64,000 nt of DNA, from NCBI RefSeq assembly GCF_009834535.1, contig NC_045696.1:89528001-89592000 (forward strand), read 5' to 3'. Below are positions 62,096 to 64,000 of the stretch, in pieces. A program made the position numbers and the translations under genes. Numbering within the stretch: the stretch's first letter is position 1; every line of letters starts with the position of its first letter. Origin of the DNA: Camelus ferus. Its lineage: Eukaryota. The notes below the pieces were generated by a model. The model was not told where the DNA came from, searched no databases, and worked only from the letters and a program-made list of their open reading frames with translations.

Positions 62096-63277
62096 AAAAT
62101 GATATGCATACAAACATGCATGTGCGCACGGTTCTCTACACATATACACACACACACACTGTCCAAGTGTATACATCACACAGTTGTGGAAATAATCATC
62201 AGAAGCCTAAACCCCTGATTTGACCTTGGGAAAGAATGTAAATAAAATTATAGATCACTGTGGATTTGATGAGATGCCTTCAGAAGGAAATCTCTCATTG
62301 ACCTGAGTACTTTAAGACATGTTGATTATTACTCTTTTTCATAAGAAGGTTAGAGAATATTTACTTTCCAGTGAAAACAGGAGCACGACAAACAAGGAAC
62401 ACTGTGAAAGACAAGCTAGGGGAACAAAGGTCTTATTTAAATTTAAATATTTGCCTACAGTGTTTTAGAATGTAATAAATTATAGCTCCTCTCCTTTTAT
62501 GTCTACTGAGAAGAGGAAGACACTCTAAAATTTTCAAATATTAGCAATAAATATGACCATTAACCACAAAGTCTGAGAATTACCACAAAGCTAGTAAAAC
62601 ATGTCTGAAATAGAAACTGTATTTGTTTACTTGGCTATAAATATGTTATGGGAAACTATCTTTGTTGCCAGGCTGAATATGAACTCTGCTTTGGATAGTA
62701 GGCCCATTGCTCAGTCAATTGACTCACTAGTCCAGTTAAACCCCCAGACATATATTGGATAGGTTCTCACATGAGTCCAAATGCTTCAAACATTTGGTTC
62801 TAGCTTTCCCTTGGTAGACCACCTGAAACAAAGGGTGCTTCTAGAAGATTCAACTTCAAACACAGTGAAGTCTGATTTATTTCACAATGTTATCTGAAGT
62901 TACAGCTGGGCAGTGGCAGTGGGAAGTGAGAAAAGAAAGATGAACTTGTACTGTGTGAACTTGTGTGTTGTTGGAATATTGTTTCTTCAAGCATTTACTA
63001 CACTTATAATAATAAACATTTTAAGTGCTTTGAATACAGCACAGCACTATACACACTGTTATCCATATACCAGCTGATGGGGAGGGAGAGGGACTTGATC
63101 ATTTCCATGTGCTGAAGTGGACCAAAAACCACTCTCCAGTTACTTGCCTTGAAGTTGAATCTGTTAGGATGTGTCTGATCACCTCCCACATTATTGGCCT
63201 ATCCTTTAATTTTTATTAAAATATTGATTCAATGACCAGCATTTAAAAGTTCAGGTGATTTTTGCATAAAAATGGAA

Positions 63278-63871
63278 TGTGGCGGATAAGATAGATTGTT
63301 GCTCTGCCTGTATTCCACACACCCCCAGAGGCTGGGCAGCTCACAATGACATTTCTAAGCTGGGCATCTGGAAGTGACTTAGCTTTAGCTTAGACCAACC
63401 AGATGCAGTCCTGTGAGATGCCAAAGGCAGAGGTCCCCACTGCCCCTGGTGGCAGGCTCAAAGATGCTTTGGGCTTTTCTGCAGTGACATTCCTGTCACC
63501 AGCTTTGTGGGGACCAACAGGTGAGATCGGCAGCATCTTTTAGCTGCTGTCATTATTTTTGTTGCCAGTGTGGACCTAACAGGTGAGGTATGGCTGGAGC
63601 CAGCAGTGACAGCATTACGAGCTACCCAGTCTCCAGACTGTTCCAGAGCTAAGGTTCAGAGGAAACGTTCCGATTTCCCATCTTCCGGACTGACGCAGCG
63701 GGGGCAGCCTCGTTGGGCGCGAGTTATTCTTTGCTCTTTCGTGGGTTGGTCCTGGAGACCCAGCCTTAACACCCTGTAAGCGCCTAATTCCCTGTTTGAA
63801 GCCTTTTGTCCCTCGTCCTTAAAATAGCCAGAGTGGTTTCTGTTTTCCATAACAGAACTCTGACGAGTACA
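63278..63871 (+). mobile_element. Ancient ERVL-type solo LTR, family uncertain
   Basis: TG start and terminus CTTAAAATAGCCAGAGTGGTTTCTGTTTTCCATAACAGAACTCTGACGAGTACA. Confidence 0.55.
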
Positions 63872-64000
63872 CAGGAAACATAAGAGCGCTGGTAACAGCC
63901 AGCCCTGACGCTGGTTATGGGAACAATGGACTGGAAGTCCTCAGTGGGCTCTAGTTGCACAGATCCCACCACAACTTAGGGGACCCCCCAACTGGAGGCC

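Larger units (their letters stand above)
25694..64000 (-). other. SCHIP1: SCHIP1/IQCJ-SCHIP1 intron upstream of the large exon
   Basis: The minus strand just before the gap reads GACTCACTCTCTTTGCCTC, a branch-point-like CTCAC plus polypyrimidine tract. No SCHIP1 exon 1 or IQCJ exon was recognised upstream. Confidence 0.7.

Noticed and set aside
1-64000. CRISPR arrays, rRNA, operon-like systems, and isolated AP-1/TEAD hexamers
   Set aside because: There are no regularly spaced repeat-spacer arrays or rRNA similarity, and the DNA is mammalian intron. Single 6-7-mers occur at roughly chance frequency, so only clustered cases are reported.

Overview
Mammalian genomic DNA, very probably camelid (it carries a Vic-1-type tRNA-derived SINE). 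The window appears to lie entirely within the minus-strand SCHIP1 / IQCJ-SCHIP1 transcription unit. The only protein-coding sequence I can support is the large GC-rich SCHIP1 exon, visible at 24991-25436. Its 5' part and splice acceptor fall in a 257-nt N gap (25437-25693), and it sits in a CpG island of about 2.3 kb. The rest is intron with ancient repeats (MIR, L2, L1M, MaLR/ERVL LTRs, MER DNA transposons) and microsatellites. There is also a full-length processed cytochrome c (CYCS) pseudogene with target-site duplications, whose poly(A) tail has become an (AGAT)10 repeat. I found no CRISPR array, rRNA, true tRNA or credible novel gene system. The most unusual items are: a 71-bp segment copied from one LTR into another 1.9 kb away; a CpG-dense inverted pair of NRF1-like sites deep in the intron; the anatomy of the CYCS retrocopy; an in-frame alternative donor in the SCHIP1 exon; and a candidate antisense transcript ending near that exon. 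Gene and repeat names come from recalled consensus sequences, not database searches, and repeat boundaries are approximate.
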